A DNA stretch of 64,000 nt. Origin: Lentimonas sp. GTDB taxonomy: Bacteria > Verrucomicrobiota > Verrucomicrobiia > Opitutales > Coraliomargaritaceae. The DNA is taken from the NCBI GenBank assembly GCA_039768155.1, contig JBDNAY010000018.1:7902-71901 (forward strand), in the 5' to 3' direction. Below are positions 18,685 to 27,917 of the stretch, piece by piece (the first letter of the stretch is position 1; every line of letters starts with the position of its first letter). The position numbers and the translations under genes are program-made. The notes below the pieces were generated by a model, which searched no databases, was not told the DNA's origin, and saw only the letters and a list, made by a program, of their open reading frames with translations.

Positions 18685-20490
18685 GTGTCCATAAAAAATA
18701 CCCCCAAAACCAGCCACAAAGCATTGTTAAAGTGGGTGGAAAAGATGGTGGCTCTTTGTGAGCCGGAGTCCGTTCATTGGTGTGATGGCTCTCAAAACGA
18801 AGCCGATGCGCTTTTTGCCGAGATGGTGAAAAAGGACATGTGCGTGAAACTTAACGAGGAGAAACGCCCGAATAGTTACCTCTTTCGGTCAGATCCAAAT
18901 GATGTGGCACGCGTCGAGTCGAAGACATTCATCTGCTCGCAAAATAAAGACGGCGCGGGGCCCACCAATAACTGGGAAGAACCGCGTGTGATGCGCCGTA
19001 AGATGAAGAAGCTCTTTAAGGGCTGCATGCACGGTCGCACAATGTATGTGATCCCGTTCAGTATGGGCCCGATCGGTGGTTCGATCTCCAAAATCGGTGT
19101 CGAGATTACGGATTCGCCATATGTGGTCGTGAATATGCGGATCATGGCGCGTATCGGTGATCCCGTGCTGGATGCGCTGGGTAGTGATGGTTTCTTTGTG
19201 CCTTGTTTACATTCAGTAGGGTGTCCGCTGGATGAAGGGGTTAAAGATGTGGCCTGGCCGTGTAATCCAGAGGATACGCACATCGTGCATTTTCCAGAAG
19301 AGCGCACGATCGTCTCTTACGGGTCCGGCTACGGTGGCAATGCCTTGCTTGGTAAAAAGTGCCTAGCGCTACGTATCGCATCGACGCTCGCGCGCGATGA
19401 AGGTTGGATGGCAGAGCACATGTTAATTCTCGGCGTTGAAGAGCCCGATGGCACCAAGACTTATGTAACCGCAGCCTTTCCAAGCGCTTGTGGTAAAACG
19501 AATTTTGCGATGGTCATACCTCCGAAAGAAATAGAGGGCTACAAAGTCACCTGTGTGGGCGATGATATTGCTTGGATTAAGCCCGGTGAAGACGGTCTCT
19601 TGTATGCGATCAATCCTGAAGCTGGCTTCTTTGGCGTGGCACCTGGCACTTCGTATGACACCAATCCGAGTGCCATGGATTCCTGTTCAAAGGACAGTAT
19701 CTTTACCAATGTCGCGCTGACTGACGATGGTGACATCTGGTGGGAGGGTATGACTAAGGAAGCACCCGCGCACTTGATCGATTGGAAGGGCAATGATTGG
19801 ACGCCTGCTTCCAAGACGCCATCGTCGCACCCGAACAGTCGTTTCACAGCACCTGCTGCAAATTGCCCGGTGATCGATGAGAACTGGGAAAATCCAGACG
19901 GTGTGCGTGTGCATGCAATGATTTTTGGTGGTCGCCGTATGAGTGATGTGCCACTGGTCACTCAAGCATTTAATTGGGGGCACGGCGTGTATCTTGGCGC
20001 CACAACTGGCTCTGAAATGACTGCCGCAGCCGAAGGCACCATGGGCGCACTGCGTCGTGATCCGATGGCGATGCTACCTTTCTGCGGTTACCATATGGGG
20101 GATTATTTCCGTCATTGGTTTAAGATGCAACGCGATCTAAAGGAAACACCACGCGTGTTTAATGTGAACTGGTTCCGCAAGGACAGTGACGGTAACTGGC
20201 TATGGCCGGGCTTTAGCGAAAATATGCGTCCACTACGCTGGATTGTTGAACGCGCAACCGGTCGTGCGGGTGCGAAAGAAACGCCGATCGGCTGGATGCC
20301 GCGTTACGAAGATCTTGATTGGCGTGGCATGGACGACTTTTCCGAAGATGATTTCAACAAGCTCATGCATATCGATCGCGACCGTTTACGGATGCAAACG
20401 CTGCAACACGAAGAGTTGTTCCTGAAGCTGTTCCAGCACCTGCCGAAGGAAATGATCTTTGAGCGAGAGTTGCTTATTTCTCGTTTGTAG
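18685..20490 (+). CDS. pckG: Phosphoenolpyruvate carboxykinase (GTP)
   Basis: WCDGS, the kinase-1a motif FPSACGKTN, and NWFRKD. The start is uncertain: GTG 18685 gives (M)[17 protein letters not shown], whereas the ORF-track start 18646 adds an implausibly hydrophobic leader. Confidence 0.85.
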   Translation: MSIKNTPKTSHKALLKWVEKMVALCEPESVHWCDGSQNEADALFAEMVKKDMCVKLNEEKRPNSYLFRSDPNDVARVESKTFICSQNKDGAGPTNNWEEPRVMRRKMKKLFKGCMHGRTMYVIPFSMGPIGGSISKIGVEITDSPYVVVNMRIMARIGDPVLDALGSDGFFVPCLHSVGCPLDEGVKDVAWPCNPEDTHIVHFPEERTIVSYGSGYGGNALLGKKCLALRIASTLARDEGWMAEHMLILGVEEPDGTKTYVTAAFPSACGKTNFAMVIPPKEIEGYKVTCVGDDIAWIKPGEDGLLYAINPEAGFFGVAPGTSYDTNPSAMDSCSKDSIFTNVALTDDGDIWWEGMTKEAPAHLIDWKGNDWTPASKTPSSHPNSRFTAPAANCPVIDENWENPDGVRVHAMIFGGRRMSDVPLVTQAFNWGHGVYLGATTGSEMTAAAEGTMGALRRDPMAMLPFCGYHMGDYFRHWFKMQRDLKETPRVFNVNWFRKDSDGNWLWPGFSENMRPLRWIVERATGRAGAKETPIGWMPRYEDLDWRGMDDFSEDDFNKLMHIDRDRLRMQTLQHEELFLKLFQHLPKEMIFERELLISRL

Positions 20491-20757
20491 GGGCTTCGCT
20501 TGCGACGCCCGCCCGAACGGCAGGTTAAACGAAGAGTGTTGATTAGGTTGCGGCGCGCGTCCCTGCGCGCCACACGTTTGAGAGTCACTTCTATCTGTAA
20601 ACCGCGGACAGGCCAGAGGCTGTCCCTCCATTGATCATGTGGAGCCAATTGTGGTTAGACCTGAGTCTGATTCCATTGTATGTGTGGAGGGACATGCTCT
20701 GCCATGTCCGCGGTCCTACAGTCTATGTTGATGCGGGCGTCGCAAGGAAGCCCCTAC
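20487..20757. repeat. Convergent intergenic region bounded by inverted GTAG-hairpin copies and containing an inverted doublet of the RCRGAG-loop hairpins
   Basis: GTAGGGGCTTCGCTTGCGACGCCCGC at 20487-20512 has its reverse complement, with one indel, at 20733-20757. Inner hairpins are at 20606-20629 and 20686-20709, plus GCGCGC-GTCCCT-GCGCGC around 20551. Confidence 0.7.
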
Positions 20758-23700
20758 GCCTCTCCCAGCTCCGCTGTTGAGCGGTCTTTTGCGATCAACA
20801 TATAGATCGAAGGGAGGAATAGAATCGTGAAGATGGTGCCGATGGCCATGCCGCCGACGAGGACGAGTCCGATTGAATTACGAGCTTGTGCGCCGGCACC
20901 TGTGACTAGGATGAGTGGGAAGTGTCCAGCAACTGTCGCGACAGTTGTCATGAGGACTGGGCGTAGGCGCACTTCGGCGGCTTCTTGCACGGCTTCGAGT
21001 TTGGATTTGCCTTGGCGTTGTAGTTCATTGGCAAATTCGACGATCAAGATGCCGTTTTTCGCGACAAGCCCCACGAGCGTGACCAGTCCGACTTGTGAAT
21101 AAATATTCAAGGTCGTTGTCCAGCCATCGGTCCAGTAGGGCAAGTTGGGATTCATCATCTTCAAAAAGGTGAAGATGAGTGCGCCGAACATTGCGAGTGG
21201 CACGGAACCTAAGAGAATAATAAACGGATCGCGGAAGCTGTTAAACTGTGCGGCGAGCACCATGAAAATTAATATCACGGCGAGACAAAATGCTGGCAGG
21301 AATTTATTACCTTCAGTGCGCAGTTGGCGGGACTCGCCTACGTAGTCGACGCGATAGCCATCGGGCAAGACTTCGGCAGCGGTATCTTCGAGGAGCTTCA
21401 GTCCTTGATCGAGTGGCCCCATATATACACCGCTCATTTTTACCGCATTGAATTGTTGGAAGCGATTTAGCGCGCGTGGTTGCACGCTATCTTCCAACGA
21501 GGCAACGGTGCTGAGTTGGATGAGCTTACCTTTTGGACCTTTAACGTAAATCTCTTCGAGTTGTTGCGGATTGAGGCGTTCAACACGTTCGATTTGCGGG
21601 ATTACTTTGTAACTACGTCCATCGATATTGAAACGATTCACGAAGCCGCCGCCGACGAGTGCGCCGAGGTCAGCTCCGATATCGCGCTGATCCAATCCCA
21701 TGGAACTGACCAGATCGCGGTCGATTTGAAATTCGCTCTGCGGTTGGTCAATTTTGGTGTCAATAATCGGTGGGAAGGCGAAGCGTCCACTCGCCATGGC
21801 CTTTGCTTTGATCTGATCGACATATTTGAGGATCTCCTCAGGTTCTGCTGTCGATGCGATTACGAACTCGACGGGGAAGTCACTTCCGCCGGGGAGAGCT
21901 GGTGGTGTGGCGGGGAAAACATTCAAGCCACTGATTCCACCAAATGCCATCTGCACGTGCGGTTTGATGTCTTGCGCCGTGCGTTCACGCTGACTCCAAG
22001 GCTTGAGAATCATGCCGCTAAATCCATTGCTCGGAAAGGTGAGTTGGAAAGTGTAGGCGGTTTCCGGGAAACTCATGAAGGCAGAGTTGGCGCTATCCGC
22101 GAAGCGAGAGGCCTCTTCTAGGGAGATGTTTGCTGGGCCGTCGACGATACCGAAGATCACCCCTTGGTCTTCTTCGGGCGCGAGCTCTTTGGGTGAAAGC
22201 ATAAACATCGGGATGCACAATAAGGTGAGCAAAATCCACGCAGCGTAAATCGCCCAGCGTGTGCCCAATGTAATGCGTAGCAAATTTCCATAACTTCTAC
22301 GTAGGCGATCGAAGCCGTTGTTGATGAATTTCGCGAGGCCCGTGTATTCTCCTGATCTTAATACTACCGATGAAAGCATGGGGCTGAGGGTGAGCGCGAC
22401 TATCGTCGAAACGATCACTGCACCGGAGAGGGTAAGTGCAAATTCACGAAAGAGGGAGCCGGTAAGCCCGCCTTGGAAAGCAATCGGCAAATAGACTGCC
22501 ACCAGAGTGAGTGTCGTGGCAATGACGGGCCCAATCAATTCACGGACGCCTTGTATCGCTGCAGGTATCGGGCGCATGCCTTGTTCGAGGTGGCGCTCGA
22601 TGTTTTCCACCACGATAATGGCATCATCTACCACGATGCCGACTGAGAGCACGACGGCTAAAAGTGTGAGCAGGTTGATTGTGAATCCAAAGAGCTGCAT
22701 CAAGAAAATCGCACCAATCAAGGAAATCGGGATCGTGATGATCGGCACGAGCACGGTACGCAGGCTCCCCATGAAGAGGAAGATCACGATCATTACGATG
22801 ATGAGTGTCTCGATCAGCGTCTTGGTGACTTCGCTGATCGACTCTTCAATGTAGACCGTCGAATCGTAGCCGACATTCGCTTCGATACCTGTTGGTAGTT
22901 CGGCCTTGATGAGTTCGAGCTCAGCGCGCACCGCTTTGATCACGTCGACGGTGTTGGAATTTGGGAGCACATACATGCCCATAAAGACGGCCTTACTTCC
23001 GGAGAAACGGACTTCAGAGGCATAGGCATCGCCGCCGAGTTCAACCGTGGCAATGTCCTTGATTCGGATGATTGTGTTGCCTCGATTGAGGATCGCAAGT
23101 TGTTCGAAATCTTCGACGGTATTGAGATCTGTGTTGGCTGTTAAATTGGCAGTGACGAGGTTGCCCTTTGTCTGGCCGATCGCAGAGAGGTAGTTGTTGG
23201 AGGCGAGCGCTTCACGCACTTGCGCTGGATAGATGCCAAGCGATGCCATACGCGAGGGGTCGAGCCATATACGCATCGCAAACGTCCGTCCACCGAGGAT
23301 CTCGGCTTCTTGCACACCTTTAATCGCGGTAAGCCGTGGTTGGATGACACGCACCAAGTAGTCGGTGATCTCATTGGCTTCGAGAATGTCGGAGGAAAAC
23401 GACAGGTAGGCTGATGCCCGCTCGGAGTCAGCAGATTCCACTGTGATGATGGGCACCTCAGATTCGGGGGGCAGGTCACCACGCACTTGGTCGACTTTTG
23501 AGCTGATTTCAGCAAGTGCCTTAGTTGAATCGTAGTTGAGCTCTAGGCGCACTGTGATTTGCGAGAACCCGAGACTGCTGGATGATGAAATGTAGTCGAT
23601 GCCATCGGCGGTGGCGACTGCTTGCTCGATAGGAGTGGTGATAAAGCCACGGACAAGCTCGGCATCGGCACCCGTATAGATCGTGCTGATGATGACCTTG

Positions 23701-23834
23701 GCGTTTTCGTTGCGCGGGTATTGGCGGATCGTGAGTGATGAGATCGCTTGTAGACCAGCGATCACGATCACCATGCTGACGACAATCGCCAGCACGGGGC
23801 GCTTGATGAAAATATCTGTAAAGGTTGTAGGCAT
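20754..23834 (-). CDS. RND efflux transporter permease (AcrB/HAE1 type)
   Basis: 1026 aa with 12-TM RND architecture, N-terminus FIKRPVLAIVVSMVIVIAGL and the VVDDAIIVVENIERH motif. Confidence 0.9.
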   Translation of the reverse strand: MPTTFTDIFIKRPVLAIVVSMVIVIAGLQAISSLTIRQYPRNENAKVIISTIYTGADAELVRGFITTPIEQAVATADGIDYISSSSSLGFSQITVRLELNYDSTKALAEISSKVDQVRGDLPPESEVPIITVESADSERASAYLSFSSDILEANEITDYLVRVIQPRLTAIKGVQEAEILGGRTFAMRIWLDPSRMASLGIYPAQVREALASNNYLSAIGQTKGNLVTANLTANTDLNTVEDFEQLAILNRGNTIIRIKDIATVELGGDAYASEVRFSGSKAVFMGMYVLPNSNTVDVIKAVRAELELIKAELPTGIEANVGYDSTVYIEESISEVTKTLIETLIIVMIVIFLFMGSLRTVLVPIITIPISLIGAIFLMQLFGFTINLLTLLAVVLSVGIVVDDAIIVVENIERHLEQGMRPIPAAIQGVRELIGPVIATTLTLVAVYLPIAFQGGLTGSLFREFALTLSGAVIVSTIVALTLSPMLSSVVLRSGEYTGLAKFINNGFDRLRRSYGNLLRITLGTRWAIYAAWILLTLLCIPMFMLSPKELAPEEDQGVIFGIVDGPANISLEEASRFADSANSAFMSFPETAYTFQLTFPSNGFSGMILKPWSQRERTAQDIKPHVQMAFGGISGLNVFPATPPALPGGSDFPVEFVIASTAEPEEILKYVDQIKAKAMASGRFAFPPIIDTKIDQPQSEFQIDRDLVSSMGLDQRDIGADLGALVGGGFVNRFNIDGRSYKVIPQIERVERLNPQQLEEIYVKGPKGKLIQLSTVASLEDSVQPRALNRFQQFNAVKMSGVYMGPLDQGLKLLEDTAAEVLPDGYRVDYVGESRQLRTEGNKFLPAFCLAVILIFMVLAAQFNSFRDPFIILLGSVPLAMFGALIFTFLKMMNPNLPYWTDGWTTTLNIYSQVGLVTLVGLVAKNGILIVEFANELQRQGKSKLEAVQEAAEVRLRPVLMTTVATVAGHFPLILVTGAGAQARNSIGLVLVGGMAIGTIFTILFLPSIYMLIAKDRSTAELGEA

Positions 23835-23855
23835 AGCTCGTTTCCGGTCGGCTAA

Positions 23856-25019
23856 TTAAGAGTTGTCCGGAGTTGGAGCGAGTTCGGGTTTGGGAGCGAG
23901 GTCGTTATTGATCACGATTCTGCTGCCATTACGTAGCTTGAAGGCACCTGCTGAAACGACTTCGTCGCCGACGGCGAGTCCCTTTGTGATACTGACAAAA
24001 TCGCCCTTGTGTGCATTGACTCGAATGAAGCTTTGCTTCACTGTATGACCAGCTTGCTCACCATCCTCATTGGTGGCTGCTTCGACGATAAAGATCGAGT
24101 TGCCATAAGGTGCATAGAGAATCGCAGTTGCTGGCACGACAGTCACAACGTTCTTTTCAGGAAGGGTGACACTCACCCGAACAAAGAGACCCGCGCGCAG
24201 CAGTCCGTCTGGATTATCGAGTGTGCCTTGAATTTCAACAGTGCGAGTCACGGAATCAACTTGTGGACTGATCGCAGTGACTGTGCCCTTGAATGATTCC
24301 TCGGGATAAACGTCGCTACTCAGGTCGACCTCCATGCCGGTGCTTATCTTGGCGAGCGCTTGCTGAGGAAGTGTGAAATTAATAAAAACCTGATCGTTTG
24401 ATTGGATTGAAACGATGGACGCGCCTAGTGGAACGTATTGACCTAAGTTGATTTGACGAATGCCCACTTCGCCAGCGAAGGGTGCGCGGATGGTCTTACG
24501 AGCGATGACCGCTTTGAGGTTCTCGACATTTGCCTTGGCGCTTTCCTGATCGGCGATGGCTTTGTCGAGTTGTGACTGCGTGACCGATCCGGTGGCAATG
24601 AGACGCTCCGCGCGGTCGAGCTCGACTGTTGCGAGACGGGCTGTGGCCTCCGCAGCTTTGAGTTGAGCTTGTTCTACATTCACGTCGAGCTGCACCAGAA
24701 GATCGCCCTCGGCGACGCTTTGACCGTTTTTGAAGTTGATCGCCTTCACGATTCCTGGGATTTCGGCTTCAAGCTCCACACCTTGGACTGGTTCGATCGA
24801 GCCGACAGCTGTCAAACTGTTTTCCCAAGTCTGCTCTTCGACGGTAAATGTGGAAACCGTGCTCAGAGGTGGGACCGCCAGCTTGCCAGCCTCAGCCATA
24901 GCGTCGAATTGCGCGCCCTTGGTGCCGACAAGGAAGAAGACCACAAAGCCTAGGGTGATGATTAGAGCGAAAACGAAGCGTGATTTTTTGAGCATAGCGA
25001 AATAGATGTGCGTTGCCAT
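23856..25019 (-). CDS. RND efflux periplasmic adaptor (membrane fusion protein)
   Basis: N-terminal TM, a coiled-coil hairpin (QAQLKAAEATARLATVELDRAERL) and beta-barrel/lipoyl regions. It lies 21 nt upstream of the RND pump. Met at 24995 is an alternative start. Confidence 0.85.
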   Translation of the reverse strand: MATHIYFAMLKKSRFVFALIITLGFVVFFLVGTKGAQFDAMAEAGKLAVPPLSTVSTFTVEEQTWENSLTAVGSIEPVQGVELEAEIPGIVKAINFKNGQSVAEGDLLVQLDVNVEQAQLKAAEATARLATVELDRAERLIATGSVTQSQLDKAIADQESAKANVENLKAVIARKTIRAPFAGEVGIRQINLGQYVPLGASIVSIQSNDQVFINFTLPQQALAKISTGMEVDLSSDVYPEESFKGTVTAISPQVDSVTRTVEIQGTLDNPDGLLRAGLFVRVSVTLPEKNVVTVVPATAILYAPYGNSIFIVEAATNEDGEQAGHTVKQSFIRVNAHKGDFVSITKGLAVGDEVVSAGAFKLRNGSRIVINNDLAPKPELAPTPDNS

Positions 25020-25413
25020 TGATTAGACGCACACACTAAGTGGGGCAATTATAAGAAAGACAAACGCTTGTTTGAATTTTTTTTTGCTAAAAATCGAGGG
25101 CCCCCATGTAGGATAGTCACTCATACCTGTTCGATTTGCGAAGATCTCAGCGCATTTTCTTAATCTTACTCGTAATCCTAATCAAAACGTGTCAATTGAA
25201 GCTAAGAGGGTTTAAATCGAGGGATAAGGTATCAGAGCAGGATTCGTTTGGTGGGGTGGTCTCGCGGTTGGACAAGCTCACCGCTCTGAGCTTGTCGAAG
25301 GGCCGAGACCATCGTTCATTGAGTGATTTCGGAAACCCCTATTGTGTGGATCGTGATATACGCGCACCGTTGGCAAACGGTAGGTCAGGCAGGAGTGCCT
25401 AGCTTACGCTGGT

Positions 25414-25468
25414 ACAAAAAACGAACGTTTTGTCCGGTTTTTAAAAGTGGAGGCCGAAGGGGGACTTG
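25414..25468 (-). repeat. Partial duplicate of the tRNA-Leu 3' end plus its downstream hairpin
   Basis: acaaaaaacgaacgttttgtccggtttttaaaagtggaggccgaagggggacttg closely matches 25556-25613, apart from a few substitutions and small indels. The last 21 nt of that second copy are the tRNA 3' end. Confidence 0.7.
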
Positions 25469-25592
25469 TTCCGAGGCCGTAGGCCGACATGACCCGCGCG
25501 AAGCGAACCGTAACGCCGTAGGTGTTAAGTCCCTGGCTCATTTACCCACGAAGGCACAAAAAAACCGAACGTTTCCGTCCGGTTTTTAAAAG

Positions 25593-25677
25593 TGGTGGTC
25601 GAAGGGGGACTTGAACCCCCACGCCTTTCGGCACATGTCCCTTAAACATGCGTGTCTGCCAATTCCACCATTCGACC
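25593..25677 (-). tRNA. tRNA-Leu, class II, anticodon reads AAG
   Basis: Manual fold: GGTCGAA/TTCGACC acceptor; D-arm GTGGAATTGGCAGACAC as in E. coli tRNA-Leu; anticodon stem CATGT/ACATG with loop TTAAGGG; 13-nt variable arm; T-arm GGGGG-TTCAAGT-CCCCC; encoded CCA. Confidence 0.85.
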
Positions 25678-25879
25678 AAAATCCAACGCATTCGCGTGGT
25701 GAAGTTCGAAGGTGATAGGCAGGATTTTTTCGAGATCAACATAAATATTAAAAAAAATTCATTTGTGCCTAGGAATACAGTAGTCATGCTTGTATCTTTC
25801 GTTGCTATCACATACTATTTTTCTCTAACTAACAAAAACCTGCGTGGTCGTCCTAGACTGCGTTTTTAATTAAACGGAC

Positions 25880-27856
25880 ATGGCTGAAAAACCTGAAGAT
25901 CAATCCAACGCTAAACCAAAGCAAGCACTCGACTTAAACGCACTCTCCGGATTGGACTTTGGTCCAAACTGGGCGGACGAAAAAAAGAAACAGAGTCGTT
26001 CTAAGCAATACGACAGTTACAAAGGCGGCTCCGGCGGTCGTGGTAAGCATCAAGGCCAAGGTGGCTCTGGTGGCGGAGGAGGCAACCGAGATCGTCGTTC
26101 AGGTGGTCGTCCACCACGTCAAGATGGAGGCGAAGGCCGTCCGCCACGTCGCGATGATCGTCGTGGTAATGAGCGCGGAGGTGACCGTCGTCATGCACCC
26201 GCAGTGTTTAATCCAACTGTAAAGGTCGATCTGTATCCACAGGATGAAGCTTTTGAAGCCTTGGTGAAACGTCTGCGTTCAACTGCCCGCACATATCAAC
26301 TTTTTGAAATCGCACATTTGCTTTTAGAGAAGCCTGAACGCTATGTCGTTGTTGTTTCGAATATAGGAAAAGCTGGCGAAGCGCCAACACCACTTTATTT
26401 CTCAGTTCCAGGTCATTTACCGTTCGAAACAGAAGAAGCAGCGATCAACAATGTTGTGGCAAACAACCTTGATCAGTTCTTCGAGGTTGAAGAAATCGAA
26501 ATCGAAGCGCCGAAAGGGAACTTTCCCATGGTGAATCGTTGCACGATTACTGGTGTGTTGCTCGGACCGCCAAATTATCACCGTTATCAAGAGTTTTTGC
26601 AGGCTCACTTCGCGGCACGTATTTCTGGTATGTCTTTTGATCGCTTCCAATCTAAGGTTGAAACAGTTAAGGAACAGGAACAAATCGATACCTGGGCCGA
26701 ATCAATGAAGAAAGGCTCACGTTATACTGTGAAGGATCATCAAGAAGGTGAGCCTGAATCGTTTGAATCACTCGAGGCAGCGCGTCATTTCTTGATACAG
26801 CACCGTAAAGATAAGGTCGTCAGTTCTGGTGATCATGTGCGCTTTGCTGGTCGCGATATCGAGAATCTACCGAAGGGGGACATTCGTCGTTCAGTAGAGG
26901 CCTACGTTGAGCAACAACTCCATTTCCCACTTGAAGCCGCCAATAATATTCGTGGCCGTCTACGTCGTCACAAATTCACCGTCTATAAGAAGGGCTCGAA
27001 AGGCGTTTCTTATGTCTGTGCCGTGAAGCGTAAATTTCGTGATGGCAAAGCAGTATTCACTGATTCGATTAATAATTTGATCGATTTTGTCGAAAAACAT
27101 CCGAACACATCGGCATCGAAATTGCCGAAGCTTTACATTGATATTGATACTGAGAAGCAGAGCCTTGAAACGCTGAATGTTACGGAAGCCGAAGTCGCTG
27201 CCGCCGCTGAAGCGAAGAAAGCTGCTGAAGCCGCTGCTGCTGAAGCTGGAACAGAAGCGCCAGTCGAGCCAGTCGAAGCGACCGTCACTCCAGATGCTGC
27301 GGCATCCACTGAAGCCACTCCGAAGGTTGAGTTGACTGCCGAGGAGCAAGCAAAACTGAATCAGTTGATGTTGGATCTTCGTTGGTTGATCACTGAAGGT
27401 TATGTCACCGAGTATGGTGATGGTAAACTTTTTGCAGCACCACCAATGCCTGAGCCAAGGAAGAAGGATGTCTCAAAAGCGCCGACAAAGGAAGCGGCAC
27501 CTGCTGCACCCGTAGCTGAAGCAAAGCCAGAAGCGGCTCCAGAGCCTGCCGTTGAAGCAGCTCCTGTCGTTGAGGTTGAACAGCCAGCACTAGAGCCAGA
27601 AGTGGCTGCTGCGCATGCGCCGAAAGCTGAAGAAGCACCTGTTGAACCTGTAACTGAACCCGCACCTGTTGTGGCTGAAGTCAAAGAAGAAGCGGTTGCC
27701 GAGCCTGTAGCTGAAGTTGCACCTGAGCCAAAGGCTGAAGAAGCACCTTCCAAGAAGGCAGTGAAGAAGACGGCCGCTAAAAAGGCAGCTAAGAAAAAAG
27801 CAAAAGCCGTGGAGCCTTTGGACTTCGAATCGCTCGCCGATTCCAAGCCAGAGTAG
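25880..27856 (+). CDS. Hypothetical protein with RGG/RG-rich N-terminus, a central folded region and an A/E/P/K-rich histone-H1-like tail
   Basis: 658-aa ORF with ATG start and good coding texture. Residues 45-105 are GGSGGRG...RDRRSGGRPPRQDGGEGRPPRRDDRRGNERGGDRR, and the C-terminus is ...KKAVKKTAAKKAAKKKAKA. I recognise no family. Confidence 0.75.
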   Translation: MAEKPEDQSNAKPKQALDLNALSGLDFGPNWADEKKKQSRSKQYDSYKGGSGGRGKHQGQGGSGGGGGNRDRRSGGRPPRQDGGEGRPPRRDDRRGNERGGDRRHAPAVFNPTVKVDLYPQDEAFEALVKRLRSTARTYQLFEIAHLLLEKPERYVVVVSNIGKAGEAPTPLYFSVPGHLPFETEEAAINNVVANNLDQFFEVEEIEIEAPKGNFPMVNRCTITGVLLGPPNYHRYQEFLQAHFAARISGMSFDRFQSKVETVKEQEQIDTWAESMKKGSRYTVKDHQEGEPESFESLEAARHFLIQHRKDKVVSSGDHVRFAGRDIENLPKGDIRRSVEAYVEQQLHFPLEAANNIRGRLRRHKFTVYKKGSKGVSYVCAVKRKFRDGKAVFTDSINNLIDFVEKHPNTSASKLPKLYIDIDTEKQSLETLNVTEAEVAAAAEAKKAAEAAAAEAGTEAPVEPVEATVTPDAAASTEATPKVELTAEEQAKLNQLMLDLRWLITEGYVTEYGDGKLFAAPPMPEPRKKDVSKAPTKEAAPAAPVAEAKPEAAPEPAVEAAPVVEVEQPALEPEVAAAHAPKAEEAPVEPVTEPAPVVAEVKEEAVAEPVAEVAPEPKAEEAPSKKAVKKTAAKKAAKKKAKAVEPLDFESLADSKPE

Positions 27857-27887
27857 TCAGTAAGGGCTTTCGATACCGATTTACCAA

Positions 27888-27917
27888 ACGGACACCTTCA
27901 CAGGTGTTCGTTTTTTT
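27888..27917 (+). terminator. Rho-independent terminator
   Basis: ACGGACACC-ttcaca-GGTGTTCGT stem-loop followed by a T7 run. Confidence 0.8.

Noticed and set aside
20754-25019. Missing outer-membrane factor for the first RND pair as an anomaly
   Set aside because: RND/MFP pairs commonly borrow a TolC-like OMF encoded elsewhere, and one is present at 45269-46660, so this is not unusual.
25414-25560. A second tRNA or a tmRNA 3' domain at the duplicated ...TTCGGCCTCCA end
   Set aside because: There is no complementary 5' acceptor strand (GGCCGAA), the T-stem is broken (TCGGAACAAGTCCCCC), and no tag-reading frame or tmRNA 5' GGGG motif is present. It is better explained as a partial duplicate.
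25136-25589. Two 88-aa ORFs between the MFP gene and tRNA-Leu
   Set aside because: They traverse hairpin repeats and the duplicated tRNA flank, have Arg/Gly/Ser-rich products and no RBS. The region is better treated as non-coding.
26960-27846. Several long minus-strand ORFs (27400-27846, 27405-27665, 27133-27318, 26960-27349) inside the 25880-27856 gene
   Set aside because: They lie antisense to a GC-rich, GCx-repeat low-complexity coding region (A/E/P runs), which automatically keeps the reverse frames open. Their products are pure A/S/G low complexity with no start context.
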